A DNA stretch of 20,000 nt, taken from positions 108,171-128,170 of IMG/VR virus record IMGVR_UViG_3300044644_001243; one strand, 5' to 3'. Shown here in pieces: positions 7,186 to 16,820 of the stretch. Under the pieces are notes generated by a model that saw only the letters and a program-made list of their open reading frames with translations, was not told the DNA's origin and ran no database searches. The position numbers and the translations under genes are program-made. Source of the stretch: an uncultured virus (IMG/VR IMGVR_UViG_3300044644_001243) (taxonomy: Duplodnaviria > Heunggongvirae > Uroviricota > Caudoviricetes). The stretch's first letter is position 1. Every line of letters begins with the position of its first letter.

Positions 7186-7518
7186 TTATTTAAATAATTG
7201 TTCCAACATTTTTTGTCCTTCAAGTTTCTTTGTTATTTCACTTGCTGTCATCAAATGTGCATAAGGGAATTCATATGCGTCATCTAATGGTATGTGGATA
7301 AGTTTCATTGGTCGCATACTTAATACCATATACTCTGCGTATCCGTCTGCTACTGCAAATCTAACGATTTCCCCAACGTTTTTACCTTTGTACCCCATAT
7401 CTTTGATATGTTGTTTTAGGTCTGCAATGTATTGTTTGCTTTCCTCTGCATACTTCTGCATAGTACCATTAATGTTAGGTACTTTAATTTCTTTCGGTGC
7501 TGAATAAATGTCTGCCAT
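7186..7518 (-). CDS. hypothetical phage protein (110 aa; start revised to MADIYS)
   Basis: The track start overlaps the promoter at 7543-7550; GEIVRFAVADGYAEYMV motif. Confidence 0.8.
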   Translation of the reverse strand: MADIYSAPKEIKVPNINGTMQKYAEESKQYIADLKQHIKDMGYKGKNVGEIVRFAVADGYAEYMVLSMRPMKLIHIPLDDAYEFPYAHLMTASEITKKLEGQKMLEQLFK

Positions 7519-7631
7519 AACTTTTAATTTAATTTGTTTCAACAAAGATAATAAATCTTTTTTAAATAAAAAAACTTTTTTTGTTAGGATATTAATTTTT
7601 TTTATCTTACATTTGTAAGGTCAATCAGTTA

Positions 7632-7670
7632 GACGTGCCGTGGGAATGGAAGACTAGACTCCAACACGTC
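7632..7670 (+). ncRNA. repeat sRNA motif, copy 4
   Basis: GACGTG-CCGT-GGGA-ATGG-AAGACTAGACTCC-AACACGTC; promoter TACATTTG at 7608-7615. Confidence 0.7.
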
Positions 7671-7696
7671 CATACATTGGCAACCATACCAAAAAA

Positions 7697-7722
7697 AATG
7701 AGTGGTATTGCTACCACCCATT
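7697..7722 (-). terminator. intrinsic terminator
   Basis: Minus strand AATGGGTGGTA-GCAA-TACCACTCATT plus T-tract. Confidence 0.75.
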
Positions 7723-7744
7723 CTCCCATCAATCAAAACAAACA

Positions 7745-7951
7745 CTACTCGCAAATAGTTTCTTTATTATTTTCGGGTGTTAACCCAACAAATAATGTAA
7801 TGCTTTCTTCACCATCATCCCAAAGTTCCAAAAAGTTAAAATACATATCGGTGTCTTCGTCTTCGGGGTGTCCAATGTTGCCTAATAAATTTATTTCAGC
7901 GTCTTGGTTTTCAATTTTTTCTAATTGTTTAATTAAATCTTTTACTTTCAT
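7745..7951 (-). CDS. acidic hypothetical protein (68 aa, MKVKDLIKQL-type N-terminus)
   Basis: ORF; promoter at 7977-8008. Confidence 0.8.
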   Translation of the reverse strand: MKVKDLIKQLEKIENQDAEINLLGNIGHPEDEDTDMYFNFLELWDDGEESITLFVGLTPENNKETICE

Positions 7952-8000
7952 AACTTGTATTGTTTAGTTGTTTCTACAAATGTACTATTCTTTTTTTAAT

Positions 8001-8204
8001 CTACCAAACGTTTTCGAAACTTTCTTTATAAATTTTTAATGCTCCACGATACTTTTCAAATAAGTCATCGTGCATACCCTCATTTGTTTTTTTAAGTTTT
8101 TCAAAGTATTGAGAAAGATTCAACTCACTTGGTTTTTTACTTTTGAATTTTAATGCTCTAATACCACTTTCTATTTTTCGTATACATAATTCTTCGATTC
8201 CCAT
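8001..8204 (-). CDS. hypothetical protein (67 aa)
   Basis: ORF in gene array. Confidence 0.75.
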   Translation of the reverse strand: MGIEELCIRKIESGIRALKFKSKKPSELNLSQYFEKLKKTNEGMHDDLFEKYRGALKIYKESFENVW

Positions 8205-8230
8205 TTTGATTTAGTTTTATAGTTAATATT

Positions 8231-8518
8231 TTATTGTGCACACAAACCCCATGGTTCAATACTAGTCATTGTTCGTCCGTTTACATTTAAACGCTTGCAA
8301 ATGAATTCTGCTAACTTTTTATTCCCTATAGTCCCTTGGTCAATTTCACGTGTACCAATTTGCTCTATAATATAACTTGGTTCCATTCCCAACACTCTAT
8401 TACAAAACTTAACATCTTGTCCTAAATAAAAACTTTTAGTCTTTTTAGGTGTTGATACTTCTAGTGTCCAATTATGGTCAAACCCATAACTGCTGCTAAT
8501 TTTGATTTCTGCTTTCAT
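8231..8518 (-). CDS. hypothetical phage protein (95 aa)
   Basis: ORF in gene array (FYLGQDVKFCNRVLG motif). Confidence 0.85.
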   Translation of the reverse strand: MKAEIKISSSYGFDHNWTLEVSTPKKTKSFYLGQDVKFCNRVLGMEPSYIIEQIGTREIDQGTIGNKKLAEFICKRLNVNGRTMTSIEPWGLCAQ

Positions 8519-8527
8519 AACGTTTGA

Positions 8528-8791
8528 TTAGATTAGTTCAACTTCATAGTCATCAAATACTTCACCAATTTCCTCATCAGAATTTTCGTACCCTATAACA
8601 ATACTCAAAGGTATAATATCTTGATTACACTCATCTAAAATTTCTTGTGGCATAATTGTTATACCTCCGTCTAATAATCCCTCAATGATTCTATAACCTA
8701 AGTTTAACGCCATATCCTCTTGGTCTTGGTCTGCACCACTATTATACATCCAATTGATAAAATCTGCCGTTTTAATTTTTAAAGTTTTCAT
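8528..8791 (-). CDS. acidic hypothetical protein (87 aa; start revised to MKTLKIK)
   Basis: The track start overlaps the promoter at 8817-8824. Confidence 0.8.
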   Translation of the reverse strand: MKTLKIKTADFINWMYNSGADQDQEDMALNLGYRIIEGLLDGGITIMPQEILDECNQDIIPLSIVIGYENSDEEIGEVFDDYEVELI

Positions 8792-8865
8792 AATGTTTGT
8801 TGTTTTATTTATAATACAAAGATAAGAATAATATCCCATACTACCAAATAATATGGGATATATTT

Positions 8866-9159
8866 TTATTTCTTTTTTAATTGCTCTGCAATTTTTTTAA
8901 ACTCTTCCAAATTTTCATCAACAAATTTTCGGTCTTCTTCATCGTCATTTACTTGTTTTAAATTTTCCATTTCTCCAAATTCATCAATACTAAACCAAAT
9001 CTGCTCCATTGTTGCTTCATTGGTCAAAGACTGCTCCAAAATGTATTGTGCTTCATCATCATCACAATTGAATTTAGACTTAACGTCTTCCACGTGCCAA
9101 AGGTTATCTACAAAGTAACCATTTGCTTTCAATACTGCTTTTGCTTCTTCTACGTTCAT
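8866..9159 (-). CDS. hypothetical phage protein (97 aa)
   Basis: ORF; promoter at 9188-9195. Confidence 0.85.
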   Translation of the reverse strand: MNVEEAKAVLKANGYFVDNLWHVEDVKSKFNCDDDEAQYILEQSLTNEATMEQIWFSIDEFGEMENLKQVNDDEEDRKFVDENLEEFKKIAEQLKKK

Positions 9160-9206
9160 AATATTTGTTTTAATTGATTTATAATATCAAAGATAATAAT
9201 TAGAAA

Positions 9207-9719
9207 TTACAATTCCAAATTTTTATTGAAAATAATTTCCCCAACTTTCAATTCCCCTTTTACTCGGTCAATTAATCTTTCCAACGATTTTTGTCCCGTA
9301 ATAGATTTTTTAATCTCTGCAAATTTAGGATTGCCCTTGAATGAAATTTGTTTATAACTATATCCGTTAGGTTTACCCCAAACAATATGGTTTTCACATA
9401 ATTTATCAATCTTTTTTTGCTCTTTTTCTTTTTCTTTGGCAAATACTAAATCATCAATAACGCTTTCTAATGTTTGGTCAAACTCGTGTGTTTTATCTCC
9501 AAAGGTAAATTCTCGTTTTGGTAACCCTTTGCAAAATAATTCTGCTTGTTTTAACAACTCTCTTTGCCCCTCATAAGGATAATAGTCGGTGCAACCACCA
9601 CGTCCGTCATTTTTAGCGTGTGCAACTTTCTTTCCGTTTACAAATACGTCAGCAATAAAACAAGTTGTTTCTTCACTAAACGCTACATTAACTTTTAAGT
9701 TTTTCAATTCGATTTTCAT
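9207..9719 (-). CDS. conserved-type phage protein (170 aa; SEETTCF..NDGRGG motif)
   Basis: ORF; promoter at 9743-9750. Confidence 0.9.
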   Translation of the reverse strand: MKIELKNLKVNVAFSEETTCFIADVFVNGKKVAHAKNDGRGGCTDYYPYEGQRELLKQAELFCKGLPKREFTFGDKTHEFDQTLESVIDDLVFAKEKEKEQKKIDKLCENHIVWGKPNGYSYKQISFKGNPKFAEIKKSITGQKSLERLIDRVKGELKVGEIIFNKNLEL

Positions 9720-9799
9720 ATTGTTTTATTTTATTGTTTTAACAAAGATAAGAATAATAATCCAATCTACCAAATATAAATTGGATTATTTTAATAATT

Positions 9800-10048
9800 T
9801 TATAGGTGCGTCATTAACCCACAATTCATACACTCACAATATGGTTTCCCACCTTGTGTAACTGCTACACTTTCTTTTGGTAATAAAATCCAACTATTAC
9901 AATCACACTCTGGACAATTAGCGTTAAAACTACCCATACGTTCTTCTAATGTTAATTGGTCTGCACCTTTCAAATAAGGGTAAACGTGGTCTAACACATT
10001 TCCTTTTACTTCTTTTAATACTGCTTGAAAAAATCTTGGCTTGCTCAT
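9800..10048 (-). CDS. zinc-ribbon protein (82 aa)
   Basis: CPEC...CMNC pairs. Confidence 0.8.
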   Translation of the reverse strand: MSKPRFFQAVLKEVKGNVLDHVYPYLKGADQLTLEERMGSFNANCPECDCNSWILLPKESVAVTQGGKPYCECMNCGLMTHL

Positions 10049-10089
10049 AAGTTCTATTGTTTTGTTTTAACAAAGATAAGTATAATATT

Positions 10090-10329
10090 TCAATTATAAA
10101 AATATTTTTGAGTATTTTTTGTTAAAATTTTACACAATTCTTCATAGTCATTATCTCGTTCTTCTTCCGTAGCATAAGAGTAACTTGTATCTTCCACATC
10201 AATAAGATAAGGAAAATCTAAATTAAAATCCTCTTCTTTTGATATAGCCATTTTAGTTATATCATTCTCAATTGATTCTTGATTCCATTTGATTTTATCA
10301 ATGTCAAAGTTTAAATCTCCGTTTGTCAT
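10090..10329 (-). CDS. acidic hypothetical protein (79 aa)
   Basis: ORF; promoter at 10355-10362. Confidence 0.75.
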   Translation of the reverse strand: MTNGDLNFDIDKIKWNQESIENDITKMAISKEEDFNLDFPYLIDVEDTSYSYATEEERDNDYEELCKILTKNTQKYFYN

Positions 10330-10407
10330 AAGTTCTATGTTTTATTTGTTATAACAAAGATAGTAAAAAGAAATGACACTACCAAATGATAGTGCCATTA
10401 TTTTAAA

Positions 10408-11247
10408 TTATTTTTCTACTTTTTCTAATTCCTTTTGTATTGTTGCAACCAACTCAAAGTTTTCATTTGCCAACGCAATCTCTTTAAATCGTTCCAACAC
10501 ATTCCTTGCATAGCCACAATCCTCGGTTGGCATATAATCTCTATCGTATGCAATTTCAATCATTGAATTTGTAAACTTTGATAATTCCTCGTCTTCATCT
10601 ACATCACAAAAATCATCACCTAAATAATAGTCTTCACCACCTTGAATATTAAGAGCCATTTCGTATGCTTCACGTGTGCCACCTTCGGGTACATTTTCTT
10701 CAATTTCAACTCCACCTACCAAAGTATAAGTTCCTACATTGTAACCAAAGTCTTCATCAGCATATTCAACTTCAATACGTGCTTCGGGATATTTTTCAGA
10801 TAGTTTTAAAAATAAGTTGAAAGGTGTACTCCACGCAGTATTAAAACTTACACTCTCATTATCATCACTCCAATACACATCACTTGCGTTCCACTTTGTA
10901 CCCCAATTACTAATTTGCCACCCATACCAATCAGCATAACCAAATCGTTCAATAAAATCATCGTGCATTTCTTTTGTAATACCTCTCGATACTCCAAAAC
11001 GTACTTCACTTTCCGTTAATTCACCTTTGGTAATACGTTCCTCTTGTATATCGTATTCCTCTTGTGTAATAATGCGACAAGGACTTGTTGTACCTACCAA
11101 TTCAGTTGGTATTGGTGCAATTTGATTAAAATCAAATTCTTTGTCTTCACCATTACTATATGGTGTTCCTTTTACTTCTTCTCTAATCTTTGCTAATAAA
11201 GTTTCATCAGCAATGATTCTTACGTTGTTTGTAATCCAGTTTGGCAT
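10408..11247 (-). CDS. DUF1281 / YubB ferredoxin-like domain protein
   Basis: MPNW.N..FDFN.I.P.P..WY.W...NWGTKWN..F.TAWS.P..LS.KYP signature. Confidence 0.85.
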   Translation of the reverse strand: MPNWITNNVRIIADETLLAKIREEVKGTPYSNGEDKEFDFNQIAPIPTELVGTTSPCRIITQEEYDIQEERITKGELTESEVRFGVSRGITKEMHDDFIERFGYADWYGWQISNWGTKWNASDVYWSDDNESVSFNTAWSTPFNLFLKLSEKYPEARIEVEYADEDFGYNVGTYTLVGGVEIEENVPEGGTREAYEMALNIQGGEDYYLGDDFCDVDEDEELSKFTNSMIEIAYDRDYMPTEDCGYARNVLERFKEIALANENFELVATIQKELEKVEK

Positions 11248-11310
11248 AACTATTTATTTTTATTGATTAATACACTACAAATATAATTACTATTTTTGTT
11301 AATTCCAAAT

Positions 11311-11523
11311 TTATAACATAGAAATTATAACTTTTATAAAAGATTTTTTAAAACCTCTTTCTTTCAATTCTCTCCATACGTGGTCGTCATCTAATAACTC
11401 ACACTCTGCTTGGATTCTACCATTAAAGTAAATGTCAATTACGTAACCATTCGGATTGTAATATACTTTTACTTTTGTTAACCCTTTTTCAATTTGTCCT
11501 AAATAAACTTTTTCTTCACTCAT
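11311..11523 (-). CDS. hypothetical protein (70 aa)
   Basis: ORF; promoter cassette at 11546-11577. Confidence 0.8.
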   Translation of the reverse strand: MSEEKVYLGQIEKGLTKVKVYYNPNGYVIDIYFNGRIQAECELLDDDHVWRELKERGFKKSFIKVIISML

Positions 11524-11594
11524 AATGTTTTGTTTTAATGTTTATCAAAGATAAGCATAAGTTTTCACTTATGCAAATCTTTTTTAAAAATGTT

Positions 11595-11972
11595 TTATAT
11601 TATTTTATATAAACCAAAATCAACACTACCAATTTGTTCATACTTTTGATTATCCACTACTTCACCATTTAACAACCAATTTGGTTGCACCCTTGGATTG
11701 TATTTAATTCTATGACAATAGGTATCAAGTTGTAAAAACTTATTTGTGTTAATCACAATTGATTCACACAATACCCACGCACACACAACTTTTTCACCCC
11801 CATTATAAATCTTTTCAGCGACTTTCTTATGGTTGCCTAACTGACAATTCACCATCACCAATTGAGTGCTTGTAGGGTCATAATATTCAACTTCACCATT
11901 AGGGTATTGAACTTTCCATTTCATAAAGTTCTTACCTCTACCTAAATTGAATCTAACTTTAATTCGTTTCAT
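11595..11972 (-). CDS. hypothetical phage protein (125 aa)
   Basis: ORF; promoter at 11997-12004. Confidence 0.85.
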   Translation of the reverse strand: MKRIKVRFNLGRGKNFMKWKVQYPNGEVEYYDPTSTQLVMVNCQLGNHKKVAEKIYNGGEKVVCAWVLCESIVINTNKFLQLDTYCHRIKYNPRVQPNWLLNGEVVDNQKYEQIGSVDFGLYKII

Positions 11973-12115
11973 AATCGTTTGTTTAATTGTTCTCTACAAA
12001 GATAGTAATTATTTCCATTCCCACAACACTTTTATTAAAAAAAAATAAAATTATTTTTTTTGCTATTTTACTTGCATATGTCAATTATTATTGCAATCTT
12101 TGTATTGTCAAGTTA

Positions 12116-12151
12116 GACGTGCCGTGGGAATGGAAGAGTAGACTCCAACGT
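12116..12151 (+). ncRNA. repeat sRNA motif, copy 5
   Basis: GACGTG-CCGT-GGGA-ATGG-AAGAGTAGACTCC-AACGT; promoter AATCTTTG at 12095-12102 (block 12071-12108 nearly identical to 2653-2690). Confidence 0.7.
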
Positions 12152-12178
12152 GCCTTTTATTTTTTTACACGCACAAAA

Positions 12179-12198
12179 AAAGTGGGTCACCCCACTTT
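12179..12198 (-). terminator. intrinsic terminator
   Basis: AAAGTGGG-TCAC-CCCACTTT with a minus-strand T-tract. Confidence 0.7.
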
Positions 12199-12513
12199 GC
12201 GATAGTTTAATGGATAACCCCTATCAGTCCAACAAACGTTACCATAGGTAAATTCGTTTATATCTGCGTTCTCAACCATTGTAAGATAATATTGGTATGC
12301 TATATCCATAGACTCTTTTTTAGTCGTTTGTGGGGGATAAAACGCAAACATATTTTCTTTTGGGTGTCCATAAAATACTATGTAGATTTTATTCCCTCTG
12401 CTACCATATTGGTGTGCGTCTGCAATACTCTTAAACTTTGTAAAAGATACTGCTTTGTTATTCACTATTAACCCTAATAGTTCTAACTTGTTTCTTACTT
12501 CACTTGGTGTCAT
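12187..12513 (-). CDS. hypothetical protein (108 aa)
   Basis: ORF coupled to the upstream gene. Confidence 0.8.
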   Translation of the reverse strand: MTPSEVRNKLELLGLIVNNKAVSFTKFKSIADAHQYGSRGNKIYIVFYGHPKENMFAFYPPQTTKKESMDIAYQYYLTMVENADINEFTYGNVCWTDRGYPLNYRKVG

Positions 12514-12516
12514 AAT

Positions 12517-12780
12517 CTAAATTCCTTTTTCAATTACAAAATAACCATATTTGTATGGTTGTGTACCATAGTCAATGTCGCCCATATCAACGATGTCTTC
12601 TCCGTCCTCGGTTTCGTGTACCGATACAACTTGATACTCTTCCGTATCAAATTCTTTCACCCTATCAATTTCTTCGGGGTGTAAAAAAAGATAGTCACCA
12701 TATTCTACACTATCCTCTTCTGCCACTACCAATCCACCACCATACTTTGCGAAAAATTCTGTCTTTGTCATTGTTGCCAT
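12517..12780 (-). CDS. acidic hypothetical protein (87 aa; start revised to MATMTK)
   Basis: The track start overlaps the promoter at 12807-12838. Confidence 0.8.
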   Translation of the reverse strand: MATMTKTEFFAKYGGGLVVAEEDSVEYGDYLFLHPEEIDRVKEFDTEEYQVVSVHETEDGEDIVDMGDIDYGTQPYKYGYFVIEKGI

Positions 12781-12855
12781 AACTCTTATTGTTTTTGTTT
12801 GTGAAACAAAGATAAGCATAAGTTTTCACTTATGCAAATCTTTTTTTAATTTATT

Positions 12856-13164
12856 TTACCAACGAATATAAACATAATAACTCGGACTGCAAATAACAAC
12901 TTTGAATCCTTTTTCTTCAAGGTAAGGTTTCATTTTGGTTTCAACCAATCTTTGTAGATTGCTATCATCAAATAATTCACCAACTACTTTGTTGTGTGTA
13001 TCATCATTTTGATAACTACCAATGGACAATTCATTTTTTTTCCATTTTTCTGCCACGTTAACCATTCTTGGAAAAAGTACTTCATTGTATACTCTGTCAA
13101 ACTTTGGTCTATCAATATCTTTAACTTCAGATATTAAACTTTTTAATTTTGCGATGTCATTCAT
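12856..13164 (-). CDS. hypothetical protein (102 aa; start revised to MNDIAK)
   Basis: The track start overlaps the promoter at 13192-13199. Confidence 0.8.
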   Translation of the reverse strand: MNDIAKLKSLISEVKDIDRPKFDRVYNEVLFPRMVNVAEKWKKNELSIGSYQNDDTHNKVVGELFDDSNLQRLVETKMKPYLEEKGFKVVICSPSYYVYIRW

Positions 13165-13245
13165 AATATTAGTTTTAATTTGTTTGTGAAACAAAGATAA
13201 GGATAATATTTCGATTATCCAAATCTTTTGTTATTTTATTTTAAA

Positions 13246-13662
13246 TTATTTTGGTGCAACACAATTATACAATAAGTTCTCCACAATCAATTCCCACGTT
13301 GCCGTTTTGTCTTCCTCTGCTTCACTATCGTAGTATTTTAATACTTCGTTAATCTCTGCAATACTCGGATTCATTTTTAAATCCATAGCAACCCTTACAA
13401 CGTCTTCAACACTAATTTGTTTTGTTAAGATTTCTTCTTCGTCAAACTCACTATTATTTTGGCAACCCTCATACCATAAATCGGGACAATCAGATAAATC
13501 CATTACTGACTTGCAACACGCACATTCAATTTCAGAATCCATTCTATCGTGTAATAATACACTACCACAATTTCCACACGTTACAATATTAATACTTGCT
13601 ACTGCATTAACTCTGTTTTGTAACTCAATTTGTTTTTCTGCTAATTCTCTTTTAGTTTTCAT
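13246..13662 (-). CDS. zinc-ribbon-containing protein (138 aa)
   Basis: CGNCG...CACC...DCPDL. Confidence 0.85.
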   Translation of the reverse strand: MKTKRELAEKQIELQNRVNAVASINIVTCGNCGSVLLHDRMDSEIECACCKSVMDLSDCPDLWYEGCQNNSEFDEEEILTKQISVEDVVRVAMDLKMNPSIAEINEVLKYYDSEAEEDKTATWELIVENLLYNCVAPK

Positions 13663-13745
13663 AATGTTTGTTTTTGATTACAATACAAATATAGTAAAAA
13701 TAAAATAACCTACCAAATATTTGATAGGTTATTTTTAAATTATTT

Positions 13746-14183
13746 TTAATTTCTTCTTCTTGGAAAAAACCCTTGGTCGGGGTCACCTAAACTACAAGTC
13801 TCCAAATCTTCATACGTACCTTTGAATGAAGCTGAAACTAATTTTAAAGGGTATTTAAGTTTTAATATTTGTTCATCGTAACAACCAATGTCAATACCTT
13901 TACTTCTATTGTAATCAGTATGTTCATCAATTTGTTTCATCAATGGATATTCACCCTCAAATTTCAAATCCTCTGCATTGTTCCAAAATGCTAATAGTTC
14001 ATACATATCGTATTTAGGTTCACCACTAATTTCTTTTGTTCCTAGTTCACCATAATCTTGATAGTAATCTTTGATAAACCCACCACCAAATTCTTTTGGT
14101 ATTAAGAATTTAAAAGGTGTACCATAAGCAACATTTTCAGTGTTCGTTAATTCATCTGCTTTGTTCCAACTAAAACTTCCCAT
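13746..14183 (-). CDS. conserved-type phage protein (145 aa; MGSFSW..YQDYG..DPDQG)
   Basis: ORF; promoter at 14205-14212. Confidence 0.9.
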   Translation of the reverse strand: MGSFSWNKADELTNTENVAYGTPFKFLIPKEFGGGFIKDYYQDYGELGTKEISGEPKYDMYELLAFWNNAEDLKFEGEYPLMKQIDEHTDYNRSKGIDIGCYDEQILKLKYPLKLVSASFKGTYEDLETCSLGDPDQGFFPRRRN

Positions 14184-14259
14184 AATCTTTATTTTTAATG
14201 TTTAACAAATATAAGAATAATAATCCAATCTACCAAATATAAATTGGATTATTATTAAA

Positions 14260-14454
14260 TTATTTGTTGTACTTATCTTTTAAGAAATTTTCCATACATT
14301 CGTATTCACCTTTGGTGTCAACATTGAATTTGCTTTTGTCATACTCATCATATAAACTTGGCAAATCATCCCATTGCTCGTCATAACAAGCGTCAGCAAA
14401 TTCCTTGTCATAAAATTTGATAAGGTTGCTAAATAAATACATACTATAATCCAT
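14260..14454 (-). CDS. acidic hypothetical protein (64 aa; start revised to MDYSMY)
   Basis: The track start overlaps the promoter at 14485-14492. Confidence 0.75.
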   Translation of the reverse strand: MDYSMYLFSNLIKFYDKEFADACYDEQWDDLPSLYDEYDKSKFNVDTKGEYECMENFLKDKYNK

Positions 14455-14544
14455 AGGTTCTAAAGTTTTAATTGGTTTGTTTAACAAATATAAGAATAAA
14501 GATTGGATAAACAATAACATTCATCCAATCTTTTTAATTTTATT

Positions 14545-15384
14545 TTAAACTAATTTACCTTGGTTACTCAAAATTCGTTTCTCTTCCAACAAATCTTTTG
14601 TATTACTTTCAGTACTACTCATTATTAGTTGCCTTAACATTTGGTCTTCCATACCAACTTCCTTTAAGATATACTGCATAGTTTCTCCGTCAACATCAAT
14701 TACTTTTAACTTCGCAATAATGTCTTTTACAATATTATGGTTATCATCTGAATAACATAAAAAAGTTGGTACACTTGGTAACTCAAAGTCTTCTTTAAAC
14801 ATATCTCTAAAATAGCCACCATTTTGTTGGTTATTTGCTTTTTCATCCAACCATTCAACTTTAACACAATTATCGTTACTTTCGTGTTCCGTTGTATAGT
14901 CTTCGGTTACTCTCGCTTTAGCACCACCATTAACACTATAATATTGTCTTGTTTCTTTCCACTCAACAATACTATCTTTTGGTATTAATACCTTTGGTTC
15001 TTCCTTGGGTAATGTTGCAACATATTCTGCTACACTTCTAGGTTTAAATTTATCCTCTATTTCTTCTTTTGGTTCTTCGAATAAACCATACCAATTACAC
15101 TCTATTGGTTCATTAATGGTTAAATCTAATGCAATGTTAATATCAGTAACACTTCTTTGTAGTATCTCTACATTATCATACCCAATACTTTCTTCCAATT
15201 TAACTTGATTAGTAAATAGTATCTCGTGACTATCAACATTAGTACGTTTAACACATTCAATACGTTTTTCAACTTCTGCTATCTTATCAGACAAATCTGT
15301 CAACGCCATATCAACTTCATCACCTATTTGATACAAGTCCCAACGTTTTAAAGTTTCTACTAAATTGTTAAATTCATTTCTCAT
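14545..15384 (-). CDS. hypothetical multidomain protein (279 aa; start revised to MRNEFNN)
   Basis: Long ORF; promoter at 15409-15416. Confidence 0.85.
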   Translation of the reverse strand: MRNEFNNLVETLKRWDLYQIGDEVDMALTDLSDKIAEVEKRIECVKRTNVDSHEILFTNQVKLEESIGYDNVEILQRSVTDINIALDLTINEPIECNWYGLFEEPKEEIEDKFKPRSVAEYVATLPKEEPKVLIPKDSIVEWKETRQYYSVNGGAKARVTEDYTTEHESNDNCVKVEWLDEKANNQQNGGYFRDMFKEDFELPSVPTFLCYSDDNHNIVKDIIAKLKVIDVDGETMQYILKEVGMEDQMLRQLIMSSTESNTKDLLEEKRILSNQGKLV

Positions 15385-15422
15385 AATATTTGTTTTTAAT
15401 TGTTTCAACAAAGATAAATAAA

Positions 15423-15692
15423 CTATTTCAATTTTCCAAATTTATTTTCAAATTTCTTACTTACCCAACTATAATTCCCACTTGCAAAAATTTCCATTAT
15501 CTCATTATCAACATAATCACCCTCGGCAATTAGATTCATAACCCTATTATGTTTTTTAGCAAATAATTTTTTATCTTTGTGGTCGCCCATTGGATAAAAA
15601 TAAATGTGTGTACTTGTTTCTAATACCCTCTCGTATTTTATATCGTCAGTACTACGTAAACAACTTTTAACTATTTTCATAACATTAATCAT
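15423..15692 (-). CDS. hypothetical protein (85-89 aa; start at 15692 or 15680)
   Basis: Overlaps the upstream stop (translational coupling). Confidence 0.75.
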   Translation of the reverse strand: MINVMKIVKSCLRSTDDIKYERVLETSTHIYFYPMGDHKDKKLFAKKHNRVMNLIAEGDYVDNEIMEIFASGNYSWVSKKFENKFGKLK

Positions 15693-15915
15693 TAATATGT
15701 TCCCAACCCTCTAACTCTTCCAATTCCATACCCATAGGTCTTAACCCATATGGTTCTGCGTCCAAATAGTAATCAAAGGTATAACCCAATGGTTCTATCT
15801 CACTCAATATCCTATCTAACTCAAAATAGGTGTTTCCACTATCCTCATCAAATGATTCCAATATTGCTTGTACTTCGTTTGGTATCAACTCTGGTGTTTC
15901 AAATAAATCTTTCAT
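15685..15915 (-). CDS. acidic hypothetical phage protein (76 aa)
   Basis: ORF; promoter cassette at 15938-15969. Confidence 0.85.
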   Translation of the reverse strand: MKDLFETPELIPNEVQAILESFDEDSGNTYFELDRILSEIEPLGYTFDYYLDAEPYGLRPMGMELEELEGWEHIND

Positions 15916-15975
15916 AACTTTTATTGTTTTGTTTAATCAAAGATAAGCATAAGTTTTCACTTATGCAAATCTTTT

Positions 15976-16515
15976 TTAATAATTCGTAACTAATTTTAAT
16001 TGATAATCATAACTGAATTTTCCGTTGTTATGTTCATCACAACATTTAGCACAAGCATAAGTCTTTCTAATCACTTTGTGTTTTGGTGTTTCTTTACCAC
16101 AACTCTCACATAACAAAGTATATTTTGATTTAGGTAAATTAACACTATCACTACTAAAACATCTTTTAGCGTCACAACCAATTTGTTTTGCAATATGTTG
16201 CCAATTGTACCCATGACCTCTTCCGTCCCTTACACCATACACGTGAACACAAAATGCGTGTGCCAATTCGTGCAACATAGTGTCAGTAATCTTTGTGTCT
16301 ATTTTATCTAAATTTTCATTACATAGTGGCATAGATAAACCAATAGTTTTTTTACCATAACTACAGCAACCAAATCTACGTTTTGCACTATCAAACTTAA
16401 ACGTATAACCTAATTGTTCACCACTCAATGTATAAACCCCATGGTACGTGTTAAACGTGAATTGTTTTGTCATTAATGTTTCTGCCATTAATCTTACGTC
16501 ATTTAAATTTTTCAT
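15976..16515 (-). CDS. SprT-like zinc metalloprotease with C-terminal zinc ribbon
   Basis: KRRFGCC, HELAH (HExxH), GHG..W, CESC..CAKC. Confidence 0.9.
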   Translation of the reverse strand: MKNLNDVRLMAETLMTKQFTFNTYHGVYTLSGEQLGYTFKFDSAKRRFGCCSYGKKTIGLSMPLCNENLDKIDTKITDTMLHELAHAFCVHVYGVRDGRGHGYNWQHIAKQIGCDAKRCFSSDSVNLPKSKYTLLCESCGKETPKHKVIRKTYACAKCCDEHNNGKFSYDYQLKLVTNY

Positions 16516-16667
16516 TGTGTTTTGTTTTATTGTTCCCTACAAAGATAAACATTATTTTTAATTCTGCAACTATTTTGTGAGAAAATAATTATTTTTTTTT
16601 ATGCAACAAAAGTTTGTTTTTTAAATATATTATCCCTACCTTTGTTTTGTTGGTGGTGATAACCGAA

Positions 16668-16708
16668 ACGGGTCGAGGGAAATCTTGAAAGAGTAGACTC
16701 CAACCTAC
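16668..16708 (+). ncRNA. repeat sRNA motif, copy 6 (divergent)
   Basis: ACGGG-TCGAGG-GAAA-TCTTGA-AAGAGTAGACTCC-AACCTAC; promoter TACCTTTG at 16637-16644. Confidence 0.7.
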
Positions 16709-16784
16709 CTTATATTTTTTTTACCATATAAGAAAAAAATTTGCAAAGGTACAAAATAAATTCGACCTTTGCAAATAAAGTTAT

Positions 16785-16815
16785 TTACAAGGGGGTGTTG
16801 ATAACCCCCTTGTAA
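16785..16815. terminator. strong hairpin terminator after the DUF932 gene
   Basis: TTACAAGGGGGT-GTTGATA-ACCCCCTTGTAA. Confidence 0.75.
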
Positions 16816-16820
16816 CTTTG

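Noticed and set aside
7635..7967. Plus-strand ORF starting in the repeat (MPWEWKTRLQ...), and likewise 11987-12205
   Set aside because: The same frame has a TAG stop in copies 1-3 and stem lengths vary between copies, so the motif is not coding. The 7635 ORF is antisense to a real gene, and 11987-12205 runs across promoters.
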